DNA from: Candidatus Woesearchaeota archaeon
Lineage (GTDB): Archaea; Nanobdellota; Nanobdellia; Woesearchaeales; JACPBV01
Assembly: GCA_016188175.1 (NCBI GenBank)
Contig: JACPII010000002.1
Location: 4,865-68,864, forward strand
DNA length: 64,000 nucleotides
Reading direction: 5' to 3'
In this document: one piece after another, positions 50,044 to 59,686 of the stretch
Numbering within the stretch: position 1 is the first letter of the stretch
Layout: every line of letters starts with the position of its first letter
The notes under the pieces: model-generated
Databases searched by the model: none
Told to the model about the DNA's origin: nothing
The model's input: only the letters and a program-made list of their open reading frames with translations
Program-made: the position numbers and the translations under genes

Positions 50044-51177
50044 TTACAGACTCCCGGCCAGCTCAACAATTTTTTTGGCGCATTCTTCCATAGACGATAA
50101 CGAAGATATCCCTTTACCTTCCAAAATCCTCCGGCCTTCCTGCTCATTCGTCCCTATCATCCTCACCGCAAGGGGAACATCGATAGCCTTTCTGCCGACA
50201 AAATCAACGATCCCTTGGGCAATAAAGTCGCAGCGGGTTATCCCCCCAAATATGTTGATGAATATTCCCCTGGGCTTTTTCATCATGCAGAGCTCAAGTG
50301 ATTTTTCCATAACCTCGACAGAAGCCCCTCCGCCGACGTCAAGGAAATTAGCCGGCTTTCCCCCATAGTGATGGAGGACGTCAAGAGTCGCCATCACCAG
50401 CCCAGCGCCATTCCCGATGATCGCGATATCCCCGTCCAGCTCAACATATTGGATTCCAAATTTGTTTGCTTCTTTCTCAATGTCGGTCAAGGACTCTTCT
50501 TTCCCGGAGGCAAATTCCGGATGCCGGAATAGTGCATTGTCATCGATGACCAATTTCGCATCAAGGGCGGCAAATCCATGGCCTGTAAGCGCAAGGGGGT
50601 TTATCTCAACCAGCTCAGCATCATATCGGACAGCGATGGAATGCATTTTTCTGATGATATCGGCCAGTTTTACAGCAGCGCCGGGCTCCAACCCCAAAAC
50701 CCCGATGGAATCTTTACAGAGGGCATCGATGTGTGATAAGCCATCTTTTCCCCGGATAGGGGCCTTGATGATTTTTTCCGGGCTTTTGGCCGATATCTCT
50801 TCGATATCAATCCCCCCCTCCATGCACAGGATAAGGCTCAGGCACTTTTCAACCCGGTTCACCGCCAGGGACACATATATCTCTTTCAGGACCGCCGCCT
50901 TTTCCTCGACCAATACCTCTTTGATCCGGAAGCCCTTGATGTCCTTCCCGATAAGCTCGGAGACGGCATCCTGAACCCGGCTCCTCTTGACAATTTTGAT
51001 TCCCCCGGCCTTCCCCCTCCCGCCCGTCAGCACCTGGGCTTTTACAACAAGCTCTTCCCCCGATAACGAATTGATTTTACTGCCGATAGAGTCAGCACGG
51101 CTAACCACAAACCCAGCCAAAACAGAAATTCCATTGTCCCGGAATATATCCTTTCCCTGATACTCTTTGAGATTCAT
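50044..51177 (-). CDS. sucC: Succinyl-CoA synthetase beta subunit
   Basis: ATP-grasp N-terminus MNLKEYQGKDIF, adjacent to sucD. Confidence 0.93.
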   Translation of the reverse strand: MNLKEYQGKDIFRDNGISVLAGFVVSRADSIGSKINSLSGEELVVKAQVLTGGRGKAGGIKIVKRSRVQDAVSELIGKDIKGFRIKEVLVEEKAAVLKEIYVSLAVNRVEKCLSLILCMEGGIDIEEISAKSPEKIIKAPIRGKDGLSHIDALCKDSIGVLGLEPGAAVKLADIIRKMHSIAVRYDAELVEINPLALTGHGFAALDAKLVIDDNALFRHPEFASGKEESLTDIEKEANKFGIQYVELDGDIAIIGNGAGLVMATLDVLHHYGGKPANFLDVGGGASVEVMEKSLELCMMKKPRGIFINIFGGITRCDFIAQGIVDFVGRKAIDVPLAVRMIGTNEQEGRRILEGKGISSLSSMEECAKKIVELAGSL

Positions 51178-51200
51178 AAGGCACCAAAAAAAGCAGACGC

Positions 51201-51731
51201 TCAGGCGCTTCCCAGGGCGTACCCAAACCCGATAGCCTCAACATTCTTCTCAATAAACTTTGGAGGGAGAAAACTTTCTATCTTCAATGAGGCGATGTCC
51301 ACCCCAAGGAATTTTAATATCCTCCCCAGGATGATCATGTTCAGGAATTTTTCGCTCCCAAATTTTGAGAGAGAGGCGCTTTCAAACCCAAAGTGCTCAT
51401 CCGCACGGTAAAGGCCGCTGGCGAATACGGAATCATCGACGATAGAATACTTCGCCTTGAAATCATGCTTGGTCTTGAAAAACCTCAAAAGTAAGTCCCC
51501 CGAATCGATGATAGGATTGGATATCTTTTTTTTGGAAAACACAAGGTCCGCGACAATGGTCCCCCCCCTGACCTGTGCGTCATAATGCATGATCAAGGAT
51601 ACCTCATTCCCGAGATGCGCAAGGATTGAGCTTAAGGTCGATGTTAAAAGCTTGATGCCCTGCCCGGCTTCCCCGATTACCTTAATCTTGAATTCTCCAT
51701 CACCCCGGGAAGCGGAATTGTTCGTATTCAT
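51201..51731 (-). CDS. korC: 2-oxoglutarate:ferredoxin oxidoreductase gamma subunit
   Basis: IKVIGEAGQGIKLL gamma-subunit motif. Operon order delta-alpha-beta-gamma next to sucCD. Confidence 0.85.
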   Translation of the reverse strand: MNTNNSASRGDGEFKIKVIGEAGQGIKLLTSTLSSILAHLGNEVSLIMHYDAQVRGGTIVADLVFSKKKISNPIIDSGDLLLRFFKTKHDFKAKYSIVDDSVFASGLYRADEHFGFESASLSKFGSEKFLNMIILGRILKFLGVDIASLKIESFLPPKFIEKNVEAIGFGYALGSA

Positions 51732-52462
51732 GTTTTCACGATGCCAAGCTCAAGGTCGCCCAGTTTTCCCGCAGGCGAAGGATTGACCTTGTAGTTTTTC
51801 CTGATAAGGTCAAGCATTTCGGGAGCATCCTTGAATCCAAGCCTCCTTCCGTTGTTCTCGATGCAGTAGGAGATGACCTCAATAAAGGAAAAGCCTCCAC
51901 GCGAAATGCCCTCCTGGATGCTCTTTTTAAGATGATTGAGATGGAAGACTGAGGATCGCGCATAAAAGTGATCTTTGTTCGAGGTTATCAGCCCCTGCGC
52001 ATTGACCGGGTTATAGGGGCTTCCTTCAGGGCTCGTCAATGTTACCGTCCCTTTTTTTGTCGTGGGAGACATCTGTCCGCCCGTCATGCCATATATTTCA
52101 TTGTTTATGCAGATGACGCACATCTCCACATTCCTCCTTGAGGTATGCAAAAGATGATTTCCGCCGATGCCGAGCAGATCCCCATCACCGCTGATGACAA
52201 CAACTTTCAATTTCCTGTTTCCCCTCTTCACGCCCTCTGCCATCGCAAGCGCCCTTCCATGCAGCCCGTGGAGGCTTTCTACGTCAAAATAGCCGGCTGA
52301 TCTTCCGCTGCAGCCGATTCCTGAAACGACAACAACATCCTCCTTGGGAATCTTAAGCTCATCGATCGCCATAGCAGCATATTTGAGGACGATGCCAATC
52401 CCGCAGCCTGGGCACCACGTAGAAGGCATCCTTTCCCATTTGATATAATCTTTATAGCTCAT
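51728..52462 (-). CDS. korB: 2-oxoglutarate:ferredoxin oxidoreductase beta subunit (TPP-binding). Start at MSYKDYIKW.
   Basis: TPP motif GIGCSGR...GDGD and WCPGCG. Confidence 0.9.
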   Translation of the reverse strand: MSYKDYIKWERMPSTWCPGCGIGIVLKYAAMAIDELKIPKEDVVVVSGIGCSGRSAGYFDVESLHGLHGRALAMAEGVKRGNRKLKVVVISGDGDLLGIGGNHLLHTSRRNVEMCVICINNEIYGMTGGQMSPTTKKGTVTLTSPEGSPYNPVNAQGLITSNKDHFYARSSVFHLNHLKKSIQEGISRGGFSFIEVISYCIENNGRRLGFKDAPEMLDLIRKNYKVNPSPAGKLGDLELGIVKT

Positions 52463-52469
52463 CAAAAAC

Positions 52470-52520
52470 CACCATCCTGGAAAGAAGAACAGTAAAAAAA
52501 CACCATCCTGGAAAGAAGAA
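52470..52520. repeat. 20-bp perfect direct repeat x2 (CACCATCCTGGAAAGAAGAA at 52470-52489 and 52501-52520) in the korA-korB spacer
   Basis: Read directly from the sequence. Confidence 0.9.
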
Positions 52521-52532
52521 AAGCCATGTTCC

Positions 52533-53582
52533 TCATCGGGCCTCAGTAGGGTAACTTTCCAGTTTGCCATTGGAAAGCCCCTCAATCTTCTCTCCGACAA
52601 CCGTTGGATCCAAATCACCGCCAATCAGCGAGATTCCTTCAACATCCCTTTTCAATACTCTTTCAATCTCACCTTTATACTGGCCGTCGTTCATTTCAAC
52701 GACGATTATGCGTTCATAGCCTGAGGCAATCTCTTTCAATTCTTTCTCAAGCACCGGGAACATCCGTATCGGCCTGAAGAGGGAATATTTTCCGATGAGG
52801 GGCAGCACAACACGCGAGACGATGCCAAACGCGATGATCAATGTTTTTGCGTCATCGCCCCTGAGATATTCAAAAAAGTTGTACCTGTCGGAAACCGATG
52901 TGGCCTTGCTCTTCATCTTCTGAAACCACTCCCGATAGTAGTCAGAATTCATCGTGCAAGGAATCCCATTCTTGCTCAGCAGGCCGGTAAAATGCCGGTT
53001 TCCCCCTCCCAGACCAGGGATAGTCCTGGGGACGATGGCGCAGGGGATCGCATCCAGGTCGACCGTTTCCATCAGATGCCCCACGAAGCCGTCCATCAAA
53101 AAGATGACCGGGCTCCGGGATTCTTCCGAAGCGTTGAACGCCTCTATCGCATAACGGTAGCATTCCTCGACAGAGTTTGGATAAAAAACAATTTGGGTAT
53201 AATCCCCGTGGCTTCCATGCTTTGCCTGCAGGATATCCCCCTGTGCAGGAAGGGTTGGCATCCCCGTGCTGGGGCCGACCCTCTGGACATTGACGATGAC
53301 CATCGGAACTTCCATCATATGCCCCAGCCCGATTGCCTCCTGCATCAAAGACATTCCTGGCCCTGACGTGCTCGTCATCGATTTTCTCCCGGAGAGGCTT
53401 GAACCGACAATCATGTTTGCCGCCGCTATCTCATCTTCAGTATGGACAAACTCAATCCCTTTGTTCGCAAGGAAATGCATGATTTCAGAAGCGGGAGTGA
53501 TCGGGTAGCCTGCAAAAAAAGTCATGCCTGCCTTAAGGGCGCCCAGCGCAACTGCATGGTTCCCCATCAGCAACTCTTTCAT
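52533..53582 (-). CDS. korA: 2-oxoglutarate:ferredoxin oxidoreductase alpha subunit
   Basis: Conserved alpha-subunit N-terminal domain. Confidence 0.9.
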   Translation of the reverse strand: MKELLMGNHAVALGALKAGMTFFAGYPITPASEIMHFLANKGIEFVHTEDEIAAANMIVGSSLSGRKSMTSTSGPGMSLMQEAIGLGHMMEVPMVIVNVQRVGPSTGMPTLPAQGDILQAKHGSHGDYTQIVFYPNSVEECYRYAIEAFNASEESRSPVIFLMDGFVGHLMETVDLDAIPCAIVPRTIPGLGGGNRHFTGLLSKNGIPCTMNSDYYREWFQKMKSKATSVSDRYNFFEYLRGDDAKTLIIAFGIVSRVVLPLIGKYSLFRPIRMFPVLEKELKEIASGYERIIVVEMNDGQYKGEIERVLKRDVEGISLIGGDLDPTVVGEKIEGLSNGKLESYPTEAR

Positions 53583-53779
53583 TTTTCAACCTCAATGGCG
53601 AAATCGGGGCAGAACTTTTCGCAGAGTTGGCACTTCGTGCACTTCCCCAACGACACGATCTCATTCCCTTTTATCATAAGGTCCTTCGCCGGGCAGATAT
53701 AGACGCAGATAGAGCAGAGCTTGCAATATCCCTTGATCCAGGTAAGGGGCCCCCCGATTTTTTTCTTTTCAGCTTCCAT
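53579..53779 (-). CDS. korD: 2-oxoacid:ferredoxin oxidoreductase delta subunit (2x[4Fe-4S] ferredoxin). ATG at 53779; a GTG alternative exists at 53791.
   Basis: Two CxxCxxCxxxCP motifs. Confidence 0.85.
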   Translation of the reverse strand: MEAEKKKIGGPLTWIKGYCKLCSICVYICPAKDLMIKGNEIVSLGKCTKCQLCEKFCPDFAIEVEK

Positions 53780-53847
53780 ATCAATAAACACTTGCGATAA
53801 ATATCAATAAACACTTGCGATAAATATCAATAAACACTTGCGATAAA
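53779..53847. promoter_or_regulatory. Three perfect tandem copies of a 23-bp unit (TATCAATAAACACTTGCGATAAA) abutting the korD start codon, in the divergent kor/thrS promoter region. Each unit carries a TATA-like TTTATTGATA on the kor strand.
   Basis: Read directly from the sequence. Confidence 0.6.
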
Positions 53848-53953
53848 GGCAAGCCCATCTGAAGGGCATAAACGGAGGTATTTAAACTTTTTCAATGAAA
53901 AAATCTTAATAAAACCACAACCTTAATATACATTTTACCTCCCCCAGCGGATT

Positions 53954-55816
53954 ATGAGAATCCTCTTGCTGCACTCAGACTTTATCAAATTCCAGGCTGA
54001 AAAGCAGGCGATCAAAGACGCAGAAAAGATAGAAAAAGCAGAGCACGAGGTGCAGGAATGCCTCGTCGTCCTCACCTCTGTCGAAAAGAGAGACGAAAAT
54101 AACCCCGATGCAGTGATCAAAAGATATGCGAAAGAGGTTGATGATGTCGCAAAGCAGGTTAAGGCTGACAAGATTGTCATCTACCCCTATGTCCATCTGA
54201 CGACAGACCCTTCTTCCCCCCAGGCTGCCCTGCAAATCCTGAAATCGTGCGAAGAGGAGCTGAATAAGTCCTACAAAGTCACCCGGTCCCCTTTTGGATG
54301 GTACAAATCTTTTACATTAGCCTGCAAAGGCCACCCATTAGCCGAACTTTCAAGGGAGTTTGGCCCTGAAGAAACAAAAGAAGATGAGTCCCAGGCATTG
54401 AAGTCAGAGAAAAAGCTCGTCTCAAGCTGGTTCATCCTCGACACCGAGGGAAAGCTCCACGACATCGGAAAGTTTAATTTCAAAGGCCACGACAACCTCA
54501 GGAAGTTTGCTTTCTACGAAAAGGACAAGGACAGGACGATGACCCAGGAGCCTGCCCATGTTCCCTTGATGAAAAAATTGGAAATTGCGGATTACGAGCC
54601 AGGCAGTGATTCGGGAAATATGCGCTATTATCCCAAAGGGAGGCTTATCAAATCCCTTCTGGAAACCTACATCACGGAAAAGGTCATCGATTACGGCGGG
54701 GTAGAAGTGGAAACGCCCATCATGTATGACATGGCTCATCCGACGCTGTCAAAATACCTCCAGAGATTCCCCGCAAGGCAGTATAAGATTGAGTCGGACA
54801 AAAGAAACTTTTTTCTGAGGTTTGCAGCCTGCTTCGGCCAGTTCCTCATCGCCCACGACGCAACCTTGAGCTACAAAGACCTCCCCTTGAAGCTTTACGA
54901 GCTGACACGGTACAGTTTCCGAAGGGAACAAAGGGGCGAGCTTACCGGCTTGCGAAGATTGAGGGCGTTCACCATGCCCGACTGCCACGCTTTGGTCACC
55001 GGCCTCAACCAGGCAATAAGCGAATTCAAGCTCAGAAACAAGCTATGCTTCGATGTCCTTGAGAATGTCGGCATAAAAAAGGAGGATGTCGAACTTGCAG
55101 TCAGGGTGACGAAAGAATTTTATGAGAGCAACAAAGATATCGTCCTCGGCCTTGTAAAGGCGATCGGAAAGCCGGCTTTGGTGGAGATGTGGGACGAAAG
55201 GACATTCTATTTCATCCTGAAATACGAGCTTAACTTTGTTGACAGCCTGGACAAAGCATCGGCATTAAGCACCGACCAGATAGACGTCGAGAACGGGGAA
55301 CGGTATGACATCAAATTCACCGACAAAGACGGCCAGAGAAAGCATCCATTGATACTTCACTGCTCCCCCTCGGGAGCTATTGAAAGGAATATCTATGCTC
55401 TGCTGGAAAAAGCTGCGATGCAGCAAAAGCAGGGAAAGACCCCCTCATTCCCCTTATGGCTGTCTCCGACCCAGGTAAGGATAATCCCTGTCACTTCAGA
55501 GTTCACCGCATTTGCAGGACAGTTCGTGGACGAGATCGCCAAAGAGAACATCAGGGTTGACATCGACGACCGGGAGCTTCACGTCGGCAAGAAAATCCGC
55601 GAAGCCGAGATGGAATGGTGTTCCTTCATCCTGGTCATCGGAGAAAAAGAGAAGAACCTCCAAAAGCTCCCCATCAGGGTCAGAGGAAACAAAGACCTTG
55701 TGGAGATGGCCCTCAAAGACCTCATCGCCGAAATAAAAGAAAAGACTGCGGGCATGCCTTTCAAAAGATTGTCGCTGCCGAAAGAATTGAGCCGAAGGCC
55801 GGTGTTTGTCGGGTAG
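53954..55816 (+). CDS. thrS: Threonyl-tRNA synthetase, archaeal type with the N-terminal archaea-specific editing domain
   Basis: Class II core motifs, archaeal N-terminal domain. TATA TTAATATAC ~25 nt upstream (leaderless). Confidence 0.92.
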   Translation: MRILLLHSDFIKFQAEKQAIKDAEKIEKAEHEVQECLVVLTSVEKRDENNPDAVIKRYAKEVDDVAKQVKADKIVIYPYVHLTTDPSSPQAALQILKSCEEELNKSYKVTRSPFGWYKSFTLACKGHPLAELSREFGPEETKEDESQALKSEKKLVSSWFILDTEGKLHDIGKFNFKGHDNLRKFAFYEKDKDRTMTQEPAHVPLMKKLEIADYEPGSDSGNMRYYPKGRLIKSLLETYITEKVIDYGGVEVETPIMYDMAHPTLSKYLQRFPARQYKIESDKRNFFLRFAACFGQFLIAHDATLSYKDLPLKLYELTRYSFRREQRGELTGLRRLRAFTMPDCHALVTGLNQAISEFKLRNKLCFDVLENVGIKKEDVELAVRVTKEFYESNKDIVLGLVKAIGKPALVEMWDERTFYFILKYELNFVDSLDKASALSTDQIDVENGERYDIKFTDKDGQRKHPLILHCSPSGAIERNIYALLEKAAMQQKQGKTPSFPLWLSPTQVRIIPVTSEFTAFAGQFVDEIAKENIRVDIDDRELHVGKKIREAEMEWCSFILVIGEKEKNLQKLPIRVRGNKDLVEMALKDLIAEIKEKTAGMPFKRLSLPKELSRRPVFVG

Positions 55817-55867
55817 CTTGTTCTAATGAGACTAAGTAACATAAAGAAATGAGACTTAGTCACATAT

Positions 55868-56320
55868 GTGACCAGATACCAAAAAGTTTATATACCCAGT
55901 CACATAAACAAGCCTATGAACATTGACGACCACCTTAAGGCATTCCAGGAACACAAAGAAGCCATCTTTGATTGGGCCATTGGTGTAAAGGGTATCCTGA
56001 ACTCTCAAAGGATAATAGGCCTGCATGCCTCGCGGGGAATTATTGAGCTCTTGTCTGCTTTCCTCCATGAAGAAGAAAAGATTACCAGCGGAGCCCAACT
56101 CAACCATCGGTGGTTTAAATCGAGAAAGTGCGGGGAAAGGTTGCCTGAATTTTCCAAGAAAGAAGTGATTACTCCCCAGCTCGTCGAGCTGGAACTGCTT
56201 TGTGAGGATCTGACCTATGGGAAAAAGAAACCCCCTAAAGACATTGAAAGGGCAATCCGCCTGTTTAATGAGATAGAGAAGGAGATTTCAGAGCTGCGGG
56301 AGCACCATGAAAAAAAATGA
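55868..56320 (+). CDS. Hypothetical protein, possible HEPN-like partner of the downstream NTase (overlapping genes)
   Basis: ORF track plus gene overlap. No clean Rx4-6H motif seen. Confidence 0.35.
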   Translation: MTRYQKVYIPSHINKPMNIDDHLKAFQEHKEAIFDWAIGVKGILNSQRIIGLHASRGIIELLSAFLHEEEKITSGAQLNHRWFKSRKCGERLPEFSKKEVITPQLVELELLCEDLTYGKKKPPKDIERAIRLFNEIEKEISELREHHEKK

Positions 56321-56921
56321 CCTTGTCGCGTATGCCTCAAGCTTCGCCTCCTTTCTCTTGAAAAGGCAGCAGCAAATAAGGCGAATCATTCTCTTCGGCT
56401 CCGTCGCAAGGGGTGATTTTGACAAAGAAAGCGATATTGACCTGTTTATTGAGACCGATGAGCCAAAAAACGAGATTCAGAACGTGCTGGAGTTGTATGA
56501 AAAATCCCAGGGCAGCAGGAACTTTAGGCTTGAAGGTATTGAAAACACCATCGTGCTTAAGGCAGGGAAGCTTGAAGAATGGCCTTCACTGAGGCGGAGC
56601 ATGCAATCGGGAGGCATTGTGCTGTATGGGCCTTTTAATGAGCTTCCTGAAAAATTACAGCATTGCCTCCAGATAAGGATTGTTGCCGGAGCGAGGATAA
56701 GGAGTGAAAAGATTAAGCTCTGGAGATTAGTTTACGGCTACAATCAAAAAGTTGGAAAAAAGAGCTACAGGAGCCAGGGGATGGTAGGGAAGTGTGGGGG
56801 AAAAAAGATAGCTCCGGGAATATTTTTTGTTCCCATCGAAAACAGCTATGAGATAGAATCTTTTTTAAAAGAGAAGAAGATTGAGTTTAAAGCCACAGAA
56901 GTGTACATCCCTGCAATATGA
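56307..56921 (+). CDS. Minimal nucleotidyltransferase (MNT/MntA-like) with a C-terminal extension
   Basis: LFGSVARGDFDKESDIDLFIE, the canonical GSxARGx9SDIDL motif. Confidence 0.75.
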   Translation: MKKNDLVAYASSFASFLLKRQQQIRRIILFGSVARGDFDKESDIDLFIETDEPKNEIQNVLELYEKSQGSRNFRLEGIENTIVLKAGKLEEWPSLRRSMQSGGIVLYGPFNELPEKLQHCLQIRIVAGARIRSEKIKLWRLVYGYNQKVGKKSYRSQGMVGKCGGKKIAPGIFFVPIENSYEIESFLKEKKIEFKATEVYIPAI

Positions 56922-56958
56922 CGGTTGAGCAGAAGGCCGGTGTTTGTCGGCTGAATAG

Positions 56959-57357
56959 TTATTTTCCCATAAACAATGCCCCTTCTTCGCCGCTAAAGTC
57001 AGAATCACAAGTGAGCACCTTCGCATGGTGGCTAAGACCAGTTGCAAATATGATTGCATCCCCCGTCCCCCACCCTTTCTCAAGCCTGAGAAGGGCGGCG
57101 TTCAAAGCGATATCCTCATTTACAGAGATGACAAAGCTCATTTTCCGGATAAAGTCAATAAACCTCTGGCAAGACGGCTCTTTCTTCTTGAGAAGATAAT
57201 AATAAACTTCAGTAAGAGTAAGTGAGCTGATAAAAAGGCTTTGTTCCTTATCGAGAATCTCCTGGAGCTTTTTGCCGGTTGCGCTCCCCCGCAAAAGCTC
57301 AATCCACATGCAGGAGTCAACAACGATGGACCCAATCATCAATTGTTCTTTTTCCAT
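56959..57357 (-). CDS. vapC: PIN-domain ribonuclease (VapC-like toxin)
   Basis: Acidic PIN residues (VVDS..., TCDSDF). Confidence 0.8.
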   Translation of the reverse strand: MEKEQLMIGSIVVDSCMWIELLRGSATGKKLQEILDKEQSLFISSLTLTEVYYYLLKKKEPSCQRFIDFIRKMSFVISVNEDIALNAALLRLEKGWGTGDAIIFATGLSHHAKVLTCDSDFSGEEGALFMGK

Positions 57358-57554
57358 TTGGTTTCAAGCCGGTCAAATTCTTCTCTTTTAAACGGCCCCA
57401 GCCCTTTTGCAGTTCCGAAGAAGTTTTCCTTCGGCCGCTTTAACTCACGGACAAGCTTCTGCATGAGCTGGTCGAAGGATTCTGATGCAGTCTCCTCTTT
57501 GGCATATTTGAGCATCCTATAAGTTTCTTCACTGACAGCAATCGTTGTTGACAT
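57339..57554 (-). CDS. Small RHH/VapB-like antitoxin candidate overlapping vapC
   Basis: 71 aa. Beta-strand-helix pattern TIAVSEETYRMLKYAKE. Overlap with the PIN gene. Confidence 0.5.
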   Translation of the reverse strand: MSTTIAVSEETYRMLKYAKEETASESFDQLMQKLVRELKRPKENFFGTAKGLGPFKREEFDRLETKWKKNN

Positions 57555-57659
57555 TTATATCACCATAAGTTATAAACATATATCTTATATTTAAATCTTT
57601 CGCTAAGGAAGAGCAATATCAAGAAAACTCTTAAAAACACCCCCTTAACCATCATCGTT

Positions 57660-59012
57660 ATGGTCCTCTCAAAGCTGTCCGATTCCCTTAAGAACACCTT
57701 AAGCAAGATAGCCCAAGCCATCTTTGTGGATGACAAGCTCCTCAACGAGCTCGTCAAAGACCTTCAAAGGGCCCTTCTTCAGGCAGATGTCAACGTGAAG
57801 CTCGTTTTTGACCTCACCAACAGCATCAGGGACCGGATAAAGAAAGAAGAGGCTCCTAAAGGGCTGACGAAGAAAGAGCAGCTCATCAATACCGTCTACG
57901 AAGAGCTGGTGAAATTCCTCGGTAAAGAGCAATACAAGCTCGATATAGCCAAAAAGCCATTCCTCATCATGCTTGTCGGCCTTTACGGCTCGGGAAAGAC
58001 AACCTCATCGGGAAAGTTAGCATCGTACTTCACCAAGAGGGGCCACAAAGTTGCCATCGTCGGGCTGGATGTCCACCGGCCGGCTGCGATGGACCAGGTT
58101 GAGCAGGTCGCAAAAAAAGTAAATGTTGTTTCCTTTACCGACAAAAAAGAAAAAAGCCCCATTGCCCTTTGGAACAGGTTTAAGGAAGATTTGAGAAAAT
58201 ATGATGTTGTCCTGATTGACACGGCAGGAAGAGATGCCTTAAGCGATGATCTCATCGCTGAGATAGAGTCCCTCAACAATATCATCCAGCCCGATGAAAA
58301 ATTCCTCGTCATCTCCGCAGATATCGGCCAGGCAGCCCAAAAACAGGCAGAAGAATTCCATCGATCGTGTGCCATCACCGGAGTCATCGTCACCAAGATG
58401 GATGGGACGGCAAAGGCCGGTGGAGCTTTGTCAGCCTGCGCGATCACCAAAGCCCCGATCGTCTTTATTGGAGTCGGTGAAAAGCCGGACGACCTTGAGC
58501 ATTTTAACCCACCCGGATTTGTCGGCAGGCTCCTCGGAATGGGAGACATTGAAGCGCTTCTCGAGAAAGCCAAAGAAGCGATAACCGAAGAAGATGCAGA
58601 AGACCTCAGCAAGCGGCTCCTGAAAGGCGAATTTACCCTCATCGACCTTTTTGAGCAGATGGAAGCGATGTCCAAGATGGGTCCCTTAGACAAGATCATG
58701 GAGATGATACCCGGGTTCAGCCAGATCAAGCTGCCCAAGGAAATGCTTCAGGTCCAGCAGGGAAAGCTCGAAAAATGGAAGCACGCCATGCAGTCGATGA
58801 CAAAATCGGAGTTGGAGTCGCCAGACGAGATGATCGACAGCGATAGGATTGAGCGCATCGCAAAAGGCTCGGGAGTTTCGTTAAGCGACATCCGCCTGCT
58901 CATCAAGCAATACCGTGAAGGCAGGAAGATGGTCAGGATGCTCAAAGGCACCGGCGGAGATACAAACAAGATAATGAAAAAGCTGCAGGGCAGGATGCCC
59001 AAGATGTTCTAA
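57660..59012 (+). CDS. srp54: Signal recognition particle protein SRP54
   Basis: N domain, G domain GLYGSGKTTS, Met-rich M domain. Confidence 0.95.
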   Translation: MVLSKLSDSLKNTLSKIAQAIFVDDKLLNELVKDLQRALLQADVNVKLVFDLTNSIRDRIKKEEAPKGLTKKEQLINTVYEELVKFLGKEQYKLDIAKKPFLIMLVGLYGSGKTTSSGKLASYFTKRGHKVAIVGLDVHRPAAMDQVEQVAKKVNVVSFTDKKEKSPIALWNRFKEDLRKYDVVLIDTAGRDALSDDLIAEIESLNNIIQPDEKFLVISADIGQAAQKQAEEFHRSCAITGVIVTKMDGTAKAGGALSACAITKAPIVFIGVGEKPDDLEHFNPPGFVGRLLGMGDIEALLEKAKEAITEEDAEDLSKRLLKGEFTLIDLFEQMEAMSKMGPLDKIMEMIPGFSQIKLPKEMLQVQQGKLEKWKHAMQSMTKSELESPDEMIDSDRIERIAKGSGVSLSDIRLLIKQYREGRKMVRMLKGTGGDTNKIMKKLQGRMPKMF

Positions 59013-59197
59013 ACTGCTGCAGACTGAAGTCCGCTAAGGGTTCTTTCCTATCCCGAGCCTAAAAGGATGGCAAAGGTGTTCATAAGAGTTTGATTGAAAT
59101 CTTACAAGCCCAAAGCCAGGATAAGAGAGTTTATAAAAAAATAATAATGCCTCCGGCCATACGGACGGTTACTGCAGAATTTCCCAGAAACCCCGCC

Positions 59198-59686
59198 CTA
59201 ATTCACAGCAATATCTTCCTGCTTCTCAAACAGCACATGCTGCAGATACACGATCTGCATCGTAAGGTGGTGTTCTCCTGCCTTAACGTCCCTGTCGATA
59301 GGAAATTCCGAAAGGCTGAGCGCATACACATAATCTCCCGTAAATCCAAGCCCGGTATAATTGATGGAGTTTAATGTTCCCCGGGTGTAATTGAACGGCT
59401 TCCCTGTCCGCAGGATAAATTCTTTGATGGGGAGTATCGCCTTTCGGGCATCGAGCATGACGACAACGACAGCAGTATCGGGAATCAGCTCTCCAGAAAA
59501 TGTCTGCAAAGAGACCAAAGCATCAAGCGTCCTCAATGCCGAACTGACATTCCCAACAGCAAAACCAGTGATCTGGGGCTGGGAAAAGCTTAGAAATCCA
59601 AGAACGATGAGGATACTAACGACGGGTAACGCAACTGACACCGTTCTTGCTATCGTTCCCATAATTCCCCAGAACCAAGAAAACAA
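59198..59686 (-). CDS. Hypothetical membrane/secreted protein
   Basis: ORF track. N-terminal TM. Overlaps the nadB 3' end by 37 nt. Confidence 0.45.
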   Translation of the reverse strand: MFSWFWGIMGTIARTVSVALPVVSILIVLGFLSFSQPQITGFAVGNVSSALRTLDALVSLQTFSGELIPDTAVVVVMLDARKAILPIKEFILRTGKPFNYTRGTLNSINYTGLGFTGDYVYALSLSEFPIDRDVKAGEHHLTMQIVYLQHVLFEKQEDIAVN

